In this document: in pieces, positions 20,668 to 28,674 of the stretch
How positions within the stretch are numbered: the first letter of the stretch is position 1
Layout of the letters: each line of letters opens with the position of its first letter
DNA from: an uncultured Candidatus Saccharibacteria bacterium
GTDB taxonomy: Bacteria; Patescibacteriota; Saccharimonadia; Saccharimonadales; Saccharimonadaceae
Assembly: GCA_963456295.1 (NCBI GenBank)
Contig: CAUOLG010000001.1
Span: 29,758 to 93,757 of the forward strand
Direction: 5' to 3'
Length of the DNA stretch: 64,000 bases
Translations under genes and position numbers: made by a program
Notes under the pieces: generated by a model
What the model saw: only the letters and a program-made list of their open reading frames with translations
Told to the model about the DNA's origin: nothing
Database searches by the model: none

Positions 20668-22457
20668 GTAGTCCGGCGAACTTGCGCAACTTCTGCATCA
20701 TTGCTCATATTGACCACGGTAAATCGACTCTGGCTGACCGGATGATGGAGCTAACCGGTACAGTGGAGAAACGGGCTATGAAGCAACAGCTGCTTGACTC
20801 GATGGAGCTGGAGCGGGAGAAGGGTATCACCATTAAGCTGTCGCCGGTTAGGATGCGCTACCGAGGCTATGACCTTAATCTGATTGATACGCCGGGGCAT
20901 GTTGATTTCTCTTATGAGGTGTCACGCTCGCTGGAGGCTTGTGAAGGAGCAGTGCTGGTGGTTGATGCTACTCAGGGTATCCAGGCTCAGACTCTGACAA
21001 ATGTCTACTTAGCGATGGAGGCTAACCTGACTATCATCCCGGTACTTAATAAAATTGATTTGCCGGCTTCGGATACAGCCAAAGTTAGCGCTCAGCTTAT
21101 CAGTCTACTGGGCTGCGAAGAGGCGGATATCATCAAAGTCAGTGCTAAGACGGGGCAGAATGTTGACCGGGTGTTGGAGGCGATCATCAAGCGTATTCCG
21201 GCACCACAGGGTGACCAGGCGGCACCGACCAGAGCGCTAATCTTTGACAGCTATTACGATGATTATCGGGGTGTCGTGCTATATGTGCGACTGGTTGACG
21301 GGCAGCTGGCTAAAGGTGCTTCTATCCGGATGATGGCGACCGGGGCGAAGGCATTAGCACTGGAAGTAGGGCATCTGGCGCCGGGCATGATGGCTGATTC
21401 GGCTCTGGCAACCGGCCAGATCGGCTATATCGTGACTAACCTTAAGACGACCCGGGAGGCTCGGGTCGGTGATACGGTAACGGTCGGGTCGGGCGAGCCG
21501 GACTCGGCTAAGGTCAAGCCTCTACCGGGCTATCGGGAAGTCAAGCCGTTCGTCTATGCCGGCTTTTTCCCCACCTCCAATGAATACTACGATGCTCTGA
21601 AAGAAGCAGTCGAGAAGCTGAGTCTGAGTGATAGCGTTTTACACTACACACCTGAGAATTCGCCAGTCCTGGGCTTTGGCTTGAGGCTTGGTTTCCTGGG
21701 GTTACTTCATATGGACATCGTGCGGGAGAGGCTGGAGCGAGAGTATGGACTGGAGCTCATCGTCACTAATCCCTCAACGAGCTATCAGGTCAAGCTAACC
21801 GACGGCACAGCGCTAACCATCGAATCGGCTGACGAGCTACCTGATCGGAGTAAAGTAGCTAGCATCGCTGAGCCGTGGATCGGTGGTGAGATAGTAGTGC
21901 CGGTTGATTACGTTGGTCCGGTCATCCAACTGGTTATCAAGAAGCGAGGGCTACAGAAGAACATTAGCTATATCGGTGAGCGGGCGGTAATTGATTTCGA
22001 AGCACCGATGGCGAACCTGTTGACTGATTTTTATGACCAGCTCAAGAGCTTGACCTCGGGCTATGGGACGTACAATTATGACCTGATTGGCTACCGAGAA
22101 GGTGATCTGGTGCGGGTTGATTTCTACGTAGCTGGTGAACTGGTGTCGGCGCTCAGTTTGATGTGTCATCGCTCCGAGTCGGCGAAGCTAGGGCGGGAGG
22201 TAGTTCGCAAATTAAAGGAGGTAATTCCCCGACAACAGTTTGCTGTCAGTTTGCAGGCAGGCATTGGCGGTAAGTTCATCGCTCGAGAAGATTTATCATC
22301 TTATCGCAAGGATGTCACGGTTAAGATCCACACCGGAGATCCCGACCGGCGAGCCAAGCTGCTTGATAAGCAACGGCGAGGTAAGAAGCGGATGAAACGT
22401 TTTGGTAAGGTTGACATCCCCGCCGACGCCTTCACGGTAATGCTTAAGCGAAACTGA
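20664..22457 (+). CDS. lepA: Elongation factor 4 (LepA)
   Basis: RNFCIIAHIDHGKSTLADR, LIDTPGHVDFSYEVSRSL, GFLGLLHM. Confidence 0.98.
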   Translation: MSSPANLRNFCIIAHIDHGKSTLADRMMELTGTVEKRAMKQQLLDSMELEREKGITIKLSPVRMRYRGYDLNLIDTPGHVDFSYEVSRSLEACEGAVLVVDATQGIQAQTLTNVYLAMEANLTIIPVLNKIDLPASDTAKVSAQLISLLGCEEADIIKVSAKTGQNVDRVLEAIIKRIPAPQGDQAAPTRALIFDSYYDDYRGVVLYVRLVDGQLAKGASIRMMATGAKALALEVGHLAPGMMADSALATGQIGYIVTNLKTTREARVGDTVTVGSGEPDSAKVKPLPGYREVKPFVYAGFFPTSNEYYDALKEAVEKLSLSDSVLHYTPENSPVLGFGLRLGFLGLLHMDIVRERLEREYGLELIVTNPSTSYQVKLTDGTALTIESADELPDRSKVASIAEPWIGGEIVVPVDYVGPVIQLVIKKRGLQKNISYIGERAVIDFEAPMANLLTDFYDQLKSLTSGYGTYNYDLIGYREGDLVRVDFYVAGELVSALSLMCHRSESAKLGREVVRKLKEVIPRQQFAVSLQAGIGGKFIAREDLSSYRKDVTVKIHTGDPDRRAKLLDKQRRGKKRMKRFGKVDIPADAFTVMLKRN

Positions 22458-22476
22458 GTGAAAGACGACGGCCTAC

Positions 22477-22514
22477 TGACAATTTAGGTGACTTGCCACC
22501 GAAATTGTCAGTAG
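22477..22514. repeat. 38-bp direct repeat copy 1 (part of the 42-bp palindrome 22473-22514)
   Basis: TGACAATTTAGGTGACTTGCCACCGAAATTGTCAGTAG is identical at 23888-23925. Confidence 0.95.
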
Positions 22515-22573
22515 ATACCGGGTTTTGTTAGACCTGATAGAGCGATATCTCTACTACTAAGCTAATAGTTTAG

Positions 22574-23842
22574 TTATGACATCTCTCTATCTAGACTATC
22601 TTCATTTAGCAGGAAGTCTAGAATGTTCATGATGACAATGCCGTTCTCTTCACGGCCCGGTAGCATCATATCGCCGGTGACGATGATTCTTTTGAAGAAG
22701 TCGTCGATATTATTAAGCGGACGAGCCTCAATTGCTCTCTTCTCGGTATCGTTTATGGTGAGTGCTGACTGGATGTAATATTTGCGGTCGCCCTGGTTGG
22801 CTACGAAATCAATTTCGACATGCTTCTTGCTCTTTTCCATAGTCTTTAGGTCACGCTCATAAATCTCTACAACTCCGACATCAACCTGATAACCACGGTG
22901 ACGGAGCTCATTATAGATGACGTTCTCCATGATATGATTCTCTTCTATCTGGCGGAAGCCAACAAACGAGTTGCGAATACCGATGTCGGTGAAGTAGTAT
23001 TTCACCGGAGTATCCATATACTGTTTACCCTTGACATCAAATCTCTTGGCGCATTCGATGATATACGACTCCTCTAGCTTGCTGAGATAATCGTTGATAG
23101 TATTATGGCTCAGACTTACGTTTACCTTGCTCTTAAAAGTATTCTCCAGCTTATACGGGTTAGTCAGTGAGCCGACACTGGAGGCAACGATCTCGATAAG
23201 CGATCGGAGAGCAGTATCATTTCTCACGCTGTGACGTTCGATGATATCTTTGAGATAGATGTTTTGTTGAACCTCGTTTAGATAGGACATCTTTTGCCTG
23301 CTGTCGGAGTAGTGCATGATGAGAGGGAGGCCACCATAGCGGATGTATTCCTGCCAACCATCATACTTATTACTCTCATAGGCAGTCATAAACTCAGCAA
23401 AGCTAAGCGGATACATATGAATCTGCTCACTCCTGCCGCGAAACTCAGTCACGATATCACTCGAGAGAAACTTGGAGTTGCTGCCGGTCACATAAACATT
23501 CAGGTTGCCTTTAGCTAGGAAGCTACTGAGGACACTCTCAAATCTATTAACTAGCTGGATCTCATCTAAGAGAAGAAAGTACTCGGAGTTATCCTTTACC
23601 TGATCTAAGATAAATGCGTGGAGAGCCTCACGATCGTGAAGCTTCTCATTTTCGAGTAGCTCCAGGTTGAGATAGATGATATGATCCTCAGGTACTCCGT
23701 CAGAGATCAGGTAATCCTTGAAGATAGGGTTTAAGAGATATGACTTCCCGCATCGACGGACGCCGGTGATTACCTTGATAAGGGGGATACCTCTCCGATC
23801 AATTAGCTCCTTTAGATAAGTATCTCGTTTAATTTCCTTCAT
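22574..23842 (-). CDS. AAA_14 ATPase with DUF4143 / PD-(D/E)XK-like C-terminus
   Basis: ITGVRRCGKS, LLDEIQ, YVTGSNS, GGLP, KYYFTDIG, ENVIYNEL, EIDFVA..YIQ. Confidence 0.88.
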   Translation of the reverse strand: MKEIKRDTYLKELIDRRGIPLIKVITGVRRCGKSYLLNPIFKDYLISDGVPEDHIIYLNLELLENEKLHDREALHAFILDQVKDNSEYFLLLDEIQLVNRFESVLSSFLAKGNLNVYVTGSNSKFLSSDIVTEFRGRSEQIHMYPLSFAEFMTAYESNKYDGWQEYIRYGGLPLIMHYSDSRQKMSYLNEVQQNIYLKDIIERHSVRNDTALRSLIEIVASSVGSLTNPYKLENTFKSKVNVSLSHNTINDYLSKLEESYIIECAKRFDVKGKQYMDTPVKYYFTDIGIRNSFVGFRQIEENHIMENVIYNELRHRGYQVDVGVVEIYERDLKTMEKSKKHVEIDFVANQGDRKYYIQSALTINDTEKRAIEARPLNNIDDFFKRIIVTGDMMLPGREENGIVIMNILDFLLNEDSLDREMS

Positions 23843-23887
23843 GTAGACTCCTTTTCTGCTCTAATTAAAGCACACATTTGTTCTTAT

Positions 23888-23925
23888 TGACAATTTAGGT
23901 GACTTGCCACCGAAATTGTCAGTAG
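23888..23925. repeat. 38-bp direct repeat copy 2
   Basis: Identical to 22477-22514. Confidence 0.95.
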
Positions 23926-24000
23926 GAATATATTCGACTACTGTTAGTGCGAGTAACTACATATGCTCGTTATATTGATTTTAGCTACTTCTTCCGGTGA

Positions 24001-24067
24001 GGTAACCCAATTTATGGGCTAACGACTGGTAAATGGGTAACCTTATTTATGAGATAATGCGGGGCTT
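24001..24067. repeat. 67-bp dispersed repeat, copy 1
   Basis: Near-identical to 47550-47616 (shared TTATGGGCTAACGACT and AATGGGTAACCTTATTTATGAGATAATG). Confidence 0.85.
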
Positions 24068-24363
24068 GTCCAGCTGATACCAAACAAAATCTGTTTACCG
24101 AGAAGGCGTAATGACTTATTGATTTGTCCTGGATAAGGGATAGTTGTTGTATCTTGCTGGGGCTTGTCCAGCTGATGCTAGTAAGCATCAGTCATACACG
24201 ATGAGGCTAATCACACTCGATCTGCCTTATGTATCATAGCGTTATATATCGTGCTGTGGCCTGTCCAGCCGATACCAAACAAAACCTGTTTACCGAGAAG
24301 GCGTAATAACTTATTGACCTATCCTGGATAAGGAATAGTTGTTGTATCCTGCTGGGGCTTGAC
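24061..24363. repeat. Array of ~98-bp units headed by GGGGCTTGTCCAGCTGAT (starts 24061, 24159, 24256, partial 24354); units 1 and 3 nearly identical
   Basis: Read directly; periods 98, 97 and 98 bp. Confidence 0.85.
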
Positions 24364-24386
24364 ATGGAGCGCTATTTTGCTACAAT
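24359..24386 (+). promoter_or_regulatory. Sigma70 promoter convergent on the NYN gene 3' end
   Basis: TTGACA-16 nt-TACAAT with extended TG; no plus-strand ORF follows in the ORF track. Confidence 0.65.
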
Positions 24387-24392
24387 TAAGCT

Positions 24393-24450
24393 AATCACCA
24401 TGACCAGACAAGCCTAAGGTTTCGACCGACCGCCGCTTCTGGTCATTTTA
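24393..24450 (+). ncRNA. Predicted small structured antisense RNA overlapping the NYN stop codon
   Basis: Closing stem ATGACCAG/CTGGTCAT plus AAGC/GCTT, inner GGT-TTCG-ACC hairpin, T tract, strong upstream promoter. Confidence 0.5.
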
Positions 24451-24947
24451 TATTCCAGTTGATTCCTTGCTCCGCCGATAATATTGATGCGATTACGATA
24501 TTCTCTTAGCAAGCTGGAATATCGTTTATTAGGGCATATTAGCCCTCCGAGCTTACCTTTTCCCTGGAGGTATCTCGCCAAGCATCTAAAATCGCCGTCG
24601 CCGGATACGATAATAGCTTTATCATATTCTTTGAAACATCTAGCTGAGGCGTAAAGCACTAATTCAGCGTCAACATTGCCCTTGTAGGTGTACTTATCGT
24701 CAACCTTATACTTTACCGTTGGCTTAAAGACTAATGAATAGCCCATCTCTGACAGATGCGTGTAAAGCTGTTCATTTCCGGGTACCATTCCAATAAACAG
24801 ATAAGCTTTCTCTACATGATATTTATTTTTGAGGTAGAGTCGAAACTTCTTAAAATCAAGCACCCAACCCTGAGATCTAATGCCAAGATTTAGATTCTGA
24901 CTGTCAATGAATGCATATACTATGGGAGTTTTGTCCTTACGCTTCAT
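24414..24947 (-). CDS. NYN/LabA-DUF88 (PIN-like) ribonuclease domain protein
   Basis: FIDSQN, KGNVDAEL, IVSGDGDF acidic catalytic motifs. Confidence 0.9.
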   Translation of the reverse strand: MKRKDKTPIVYAFIDSQNLNLGIRSQGWVLDFKKFRLYLKNKYHVEKAYLFIGMVPGNEQLYTHLSEMGYSLVFKPTVKYKVDDKYTYKGNVDAELVLYASARCFKEYDKAIIVSGDGDFRCLARYLQGKGKLGGLICPNKRYSSLLREYRNRINIIGGARNQLEYKMTRSGGRSKP

Positions 24948-25065
24948 GAGGACAGTATAGCAAGATTACTCATGGCTGTCATTTAGTACGTTTTATCTTC
25001 CAACCCATCATATATGAGTAAAAATACAGGGCTTTAACTTGGTGGCAAGGCTGATTAGCCGGATG

Positions 25066-25107
25066 AAAATGCGAAAACTTCTCGTTTTTGCTAAGTTTTC
25101 GCATTTT
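25066..25107. repeat. 42-bp palindrome with 15-bp perfect arms (AAAATGCGAAAACTT/AAGTTTTCGCATTTT) upstream of the second AAA gene
   Basis: Read directly; abuts the TGTTATACT extended -10. Confidence 0.85.
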
Positions 25108-25129
25108 TGCTGTTATACTAGTAGGTATC

Positions 25130-26335
25130 GTGAAGTATATAGAACGGGCAGAGTATCTGAAAACTCTGCGAGAGCTAAAGGATAAACATATTATTAAAGT
25201 GATTACCGGTGTGCGTCGTGCCGGTAAGTCTACTTTGATGCAACTCTTTAGAGAAGAAATAGCTCAAAAAATAGATAAGAGTCGGATCCAGTCATACAAC
25301 TTTGAAGATCCAAAGTATAATGACATGACTAACTGGCGGGAAGTCTATGACTTGATAGATGAGAAACTAGTGAAAGGTGAGCTGAACTATATTTTTCTTG
25401 ATGAAGTCCAGGATATCCCGGGATTCGAAAAGCTGCTTGATGGACTCTATATCAACGAAAACATAGATCTGTATGTCACCGGCTCAAACGCCTATTTACT
25501 TAGCTCGGAGCTGGCTACTATTCTGACCGGTCGGGCTTATGAAATCAATATCCTACCTTTTTCGTTCAAAGAGTTCGCTCAGACTTATACCACCCCTGTC
25601 GATAATAGTATAAAGTTTGAGCATTTTATGCGCTACTCAGCCTTTCCCCAAGCTACCGAGCTAATGCATGAGAACCCTGCTCTGGTTATGAATTATCTGA
25701 GAAGCGTATATGAAAGCATCTTGGTAAAGGACATGCTCCCACGTAAACAGATATACGCTGAGCGTAGTTTTGAGAACGTAGTTAACTACGTGATGGATTC
25801 CATCGGTTCAAGCTTGTCGCCTAATGGTATTGCCAGGGTTCTCGCTAGTGACAATAAAACAGTCGACTCTCGAACGGTTCATTCATACTTGAAGTCGCTC
25901 TGCGATAGCTTCGTACTTTATAAAGCTGAGCGGTTTGACATTAAGGGTAGGCAAAATCTAGCGACACAGGAGAAGTACTACACTGTTGACCTTGGCTTTC
26001 GCAACTTGCTGCTGGGTAAGGAGGTCGGCCAGGATGCCGGTCATCTACTAGAGAACATTATTTACTTAGAACTGAGGCGACGAGGTAACGAAATATGGGT
26101 CGGTAAGATTGGCGAAAGGGAGGTTGACTTCGTGGCTCGTGATAATGAAGGCTACCTGACGTATTATCAGGTTGCTTATACGGTACGAGACGAGACGGTA
26201 CTGGAGCGTGAGTTAGTACCCTTTGACAAAATCCCTGACCACAATCCCAAAGTTCTTATCACTCTTGATCCGGAAGAAGTTTCCCGGCGCGGCGTGAGGC
26301 AGATTAACGCCATTAACTGGCTGCTTAGCTACTGA
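25130..26335 (+). CDS. AAA_14 ATPase with DUF4143 / PD-(D/E)XK-like C-terminus (paralog of 22574-23842)
   Basis: ITGVRRAGKS, FLDEVQ, YVTGSNA, KYYTVDLG, LENIIYLEL, EVDFVA..YYQV; GTG start at 25130. Confidence 0.88.
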   Translation: MKYIERAEYLKTLRELKDKHIIKVITGVRRAGKSTLMQLFREEIAQKIDKSRIQSYNFEDPKYNDMTNWREVYDLIDEKLVKGELNYIFLDEVQDIPGFEKLLDGLYINENIDLYVTGSNAYLLSSELATILTGRAYEINILPFSFKEFAQTYTTPVDNSIKFEHFMRYSAFPQATELMHENPALVMNYLRSVYESILVKDMLPRKQIYAERSFENVVNYVMDSIGSSLSPNGIARVLASDNKTVDSRTVHSYLKSLCDSFVLYKAERFDIKGRQNLATQEKYYTVDLGFRNLLLGKEVGQDAGHLLENIIYLELRRRGNEIWVGKIGEREVDFVARDNEGYLTYYQVAYTVRDETVLERELVPFDKIPDHNPKVLITLDPEEVSRRGVRQINAINWLLSY

Positions 26336-26434
26336 AGCTATAAGACCACGCCGTCGACGGACGGAGCCGCCACGTATCATCCAGCCACTATTCAACCTAT
26401 GCTATCATCTATAGTATAAAGAGTCAGAGCAATT

Positions 26435-27196
26435 ATGGGTATAGCAAAGTTAGGAAAACAGATAAAGGAACACAAGGTATTCGTAATCGTACCAATAGTT
26501 ATCCTTATTGTAGTTGTGCTTGCCCGCACCTTTATCTGGAGGGATTACACCAATGAACGGGTGGAGATGGCTATATATTTGAAAGATAAGTACGGTGGTC
26601 AAGAGTTCGTAGTCGGGAAGCCGGTGCGAGAGGGAGCAATGTTTGCTATCGAGGGTTATTTAGTTGCCATAGCCCACCCCGCCAATAACAGTAAAATAAA
26701 GTTCAGAGTAATACACTCGTCGTCAGCCAGATATGATGGATACGCCGGAGCTGTCTGGTCTAACGAGGAATCAAAGAGACTAAAGCCGGAGATATACCGC
26801 CTATTTGGCAGTGACACCGACTACACCGTCGAGATAAAGTCAGCATTGGAACTTCAAAATGCGCAGGTAAACTTCGATGGTAAAATAATTGCTCTCGACG
26901 ACATAGCCAAGATTTACGGCAAACAAATCCCCTACGGCTTAGCGATCAAAAGATTAAAGAAGAATCTGTCAGATGATGAAAAGGAAGACATCGTAAATAA
27001 ACTGATTGAACTATCGGCGTCACTGCCGGATAAAACGGATACTGCCGTCACATATATATCTGAAACAAGCGAGAAGAGAGAGTATGGCCTGGCGGTGCCA
27101 CTTGATAACCTTCGTAAACTAAACAACAGACAGGATAAAATTAACCTATTCAGTGAATGGAAGGTAGGCGAATCGCAGGATCAGGACTTATATTAG
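26435..27196 (+). CDS. Membrane-anchored hypothetical protein, putative orphan immunity paralog
   Basis: N-terminal TM then MAIYLKDKYGGQEFVV; similar to 28675-29394. Confidence 0.6.
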   Translation: MGIAKLGKQIKEHKVFVIVPIVILIVVVLARTFIWRDYTNERVEMAIYLKDKYGGQEFVVGKPVREGAMFAIEGYLVAIAHPANNSKIKFRVIHSSSARYDGYAGAVWSNEESKRLKPEIYRLFGSDTDYTVEIKSALELQNAQVNFDGKIIALDDIAKIYGKQIPYGLAIKRLKKNLSDDEKEDIVNKLIELSASLPDKTDTAVTYISETSEKREYGLAVPLDNLRKLNNRQDKINLFSEWKVGESQDQDLY

Positions 27197-27237
27197 GACG
27201 GATTTCATTAGTATTTAGCTTAAATCAGCAGAATTTC

Positions 27238-28509
27238 CTAATCTTTAGATATACGATGGCGGATGTAAGGTATGAAGCCGGCGGCGGAAATTAATGATAT
27301 TACAAACGCCGAGACGACCTCATGATTAGAGTTCCACAATGCACTCCAAAACGGCGGTGATGTCATGGACTGTAAAACGACCAGAAAGTTATTCATTGTA
27401 TGTACGGGCAACAAATTATTAATGCAATAGGCGAAACCAACTATGGTACCGACAACGGCAATGATGCCGAGTATAACTTGATCAAGGACTGCAGGATAAC
27501 TTCTAGTAATTAATCCATATGTCCCCCAAGTGATAAGGGCGGTAAGAAGTCCCGTAATGCATGATACGGAGTGTTGTCGCCAAAGGAACGACCACACACC
27601 GATAGTGGCAGGTATACCTATCGCAGCCGCCACTAAAAGGGCGATACATCTAACGTAGTGCTTAGGTACAGAGTTGTTGAAAGGAAACTTCTCCGGCTTC
27701 TCTGCAGTAGTCGTAGTGCCGATCATGTGAGAGGAGTAGTACGGGACAGTGCACACCTCCCTGGGTACTTCCTCTTCGTGGGCGTGTTGTCGCAATTCTA
27801 GCTTAGATGCATAGAGCATACTCTCGGCGATTATTGTCAGAGCAGCGTCCGGCTTGATGATATCTCCGGCTGAGACAATGGCTTTTTGCAACATTACACC
27901 ATAACAGCCGGGCCATTCAGATACAGATGGGATAATTCGCCTGAGGTGGTCTGTGCAACTATTCCATAGCTCGGTGATTGATTCTTTCGACAGCACCTCC
28001 GGGCGGTATTGATCAGGCATCCTGATGACACCGAATTTATCGCTACCCATGGTCTCCATACTGTATTTGATACAATCCTGGATATCAAAGTCACGAAAGA
28101 CTTGTTCTTGTCCGATCTGCTTCATACCTCCGCCAACAATAGACCATGGCGAGTACTGTTCGCCAAATAGCTTCTGTAGGATTGCATCGCCGGCATAGTA
28201 TGTCTCGCCACCTTTAACTCGCAAGGTGAGGATTGCCCCGGGATCATCTGCCATAGCTGCCATCTGGCAGGCACACCCTGCTATCAGGCTAGAGATATAT
28301 AATAGTAGCTCGATAGACATCTTTTTATCCTTAGAATTGTAAACCGGTCGCATGACAAAGTTAAACATCTCTTGTCCGCCGAATTCCATACGTTCCTCTG
28401 GGTTCAGCTGAGCAAGCTGATATCTGAGCGACTCGATCAATACGTCGTTCGAGACTCCTGATGATTTATCCTCTATGTCTGCCAGCGATTTTGTTTCCTT
28501 TGATGTCAT
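27238..28509 (-). CDS. Hypothetical protein: soluble N-terminal domain plus about four C-terminal TM helices
   Basis: 423-aa ORF, hydrophobic C-terminal third. Confidence 0.65.
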   Translation of the reverse strand: MTSKETKSLADIEDKSSGVSNDVLIESLRYQLAQLNPEERMEFGGQEMFNFVMRPVYNSKDKKMSIELLLYISSLIAGCACQMAAMADDPGAILTLRVKGGETYYAGDAILQKLFGEQYSPWSIVGGGMKQIGQEQVFRDFDIQDCIKYSMETMGSDKFGVIRMPDQYRPEVLSKESITELWNSCTDHLRRIIPSVSEWPGCYGVMLQKAIVSAGDIIKPDAALTIIAESMLYASKLELRQHAHEEEVPREVCTVPYYSSHMIGTTTTAEKPEKFPFNNSVPKHYVRCIALLVAAAIGIPATIGVWSFLWRQHSVSCITGLLTALITWGTYGLITRSYPAVLDQVILGIIAVVGTIVGFAYCINNLLPVHTMNNFLVVLQSMTSPPFWSALWNSNHEVVSAFVISLISAAGFIPYIRHRISKD

Positions 28510-28674
28510 GATACCCTTGATACCTAGCTAATTTACAGACATTATACACGATGAGTGATGAGTGTGTACTAGCTTGTGCTAGTCTAGCGCATAGCTTAGC
28601 GTGTAGTGAAATGTAGTACATTCCGCAAAAGATCATCTAGCTTATGCTATCATTTAATATGTAAGGACTGAATC

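Noticed and set aside
24061..24363. CRISPR array
   Set aside because: The repeat is only ~18-21 bp and degenerate, spacers are ~78 bp with units 1 and 3 nearly identical, and no cas genes are present in the window
25041..25049. GGTGGCAAG, reverse complement of the core of the 38-bp repeat
   Set aside because: Only 9 bp; compatible with chance
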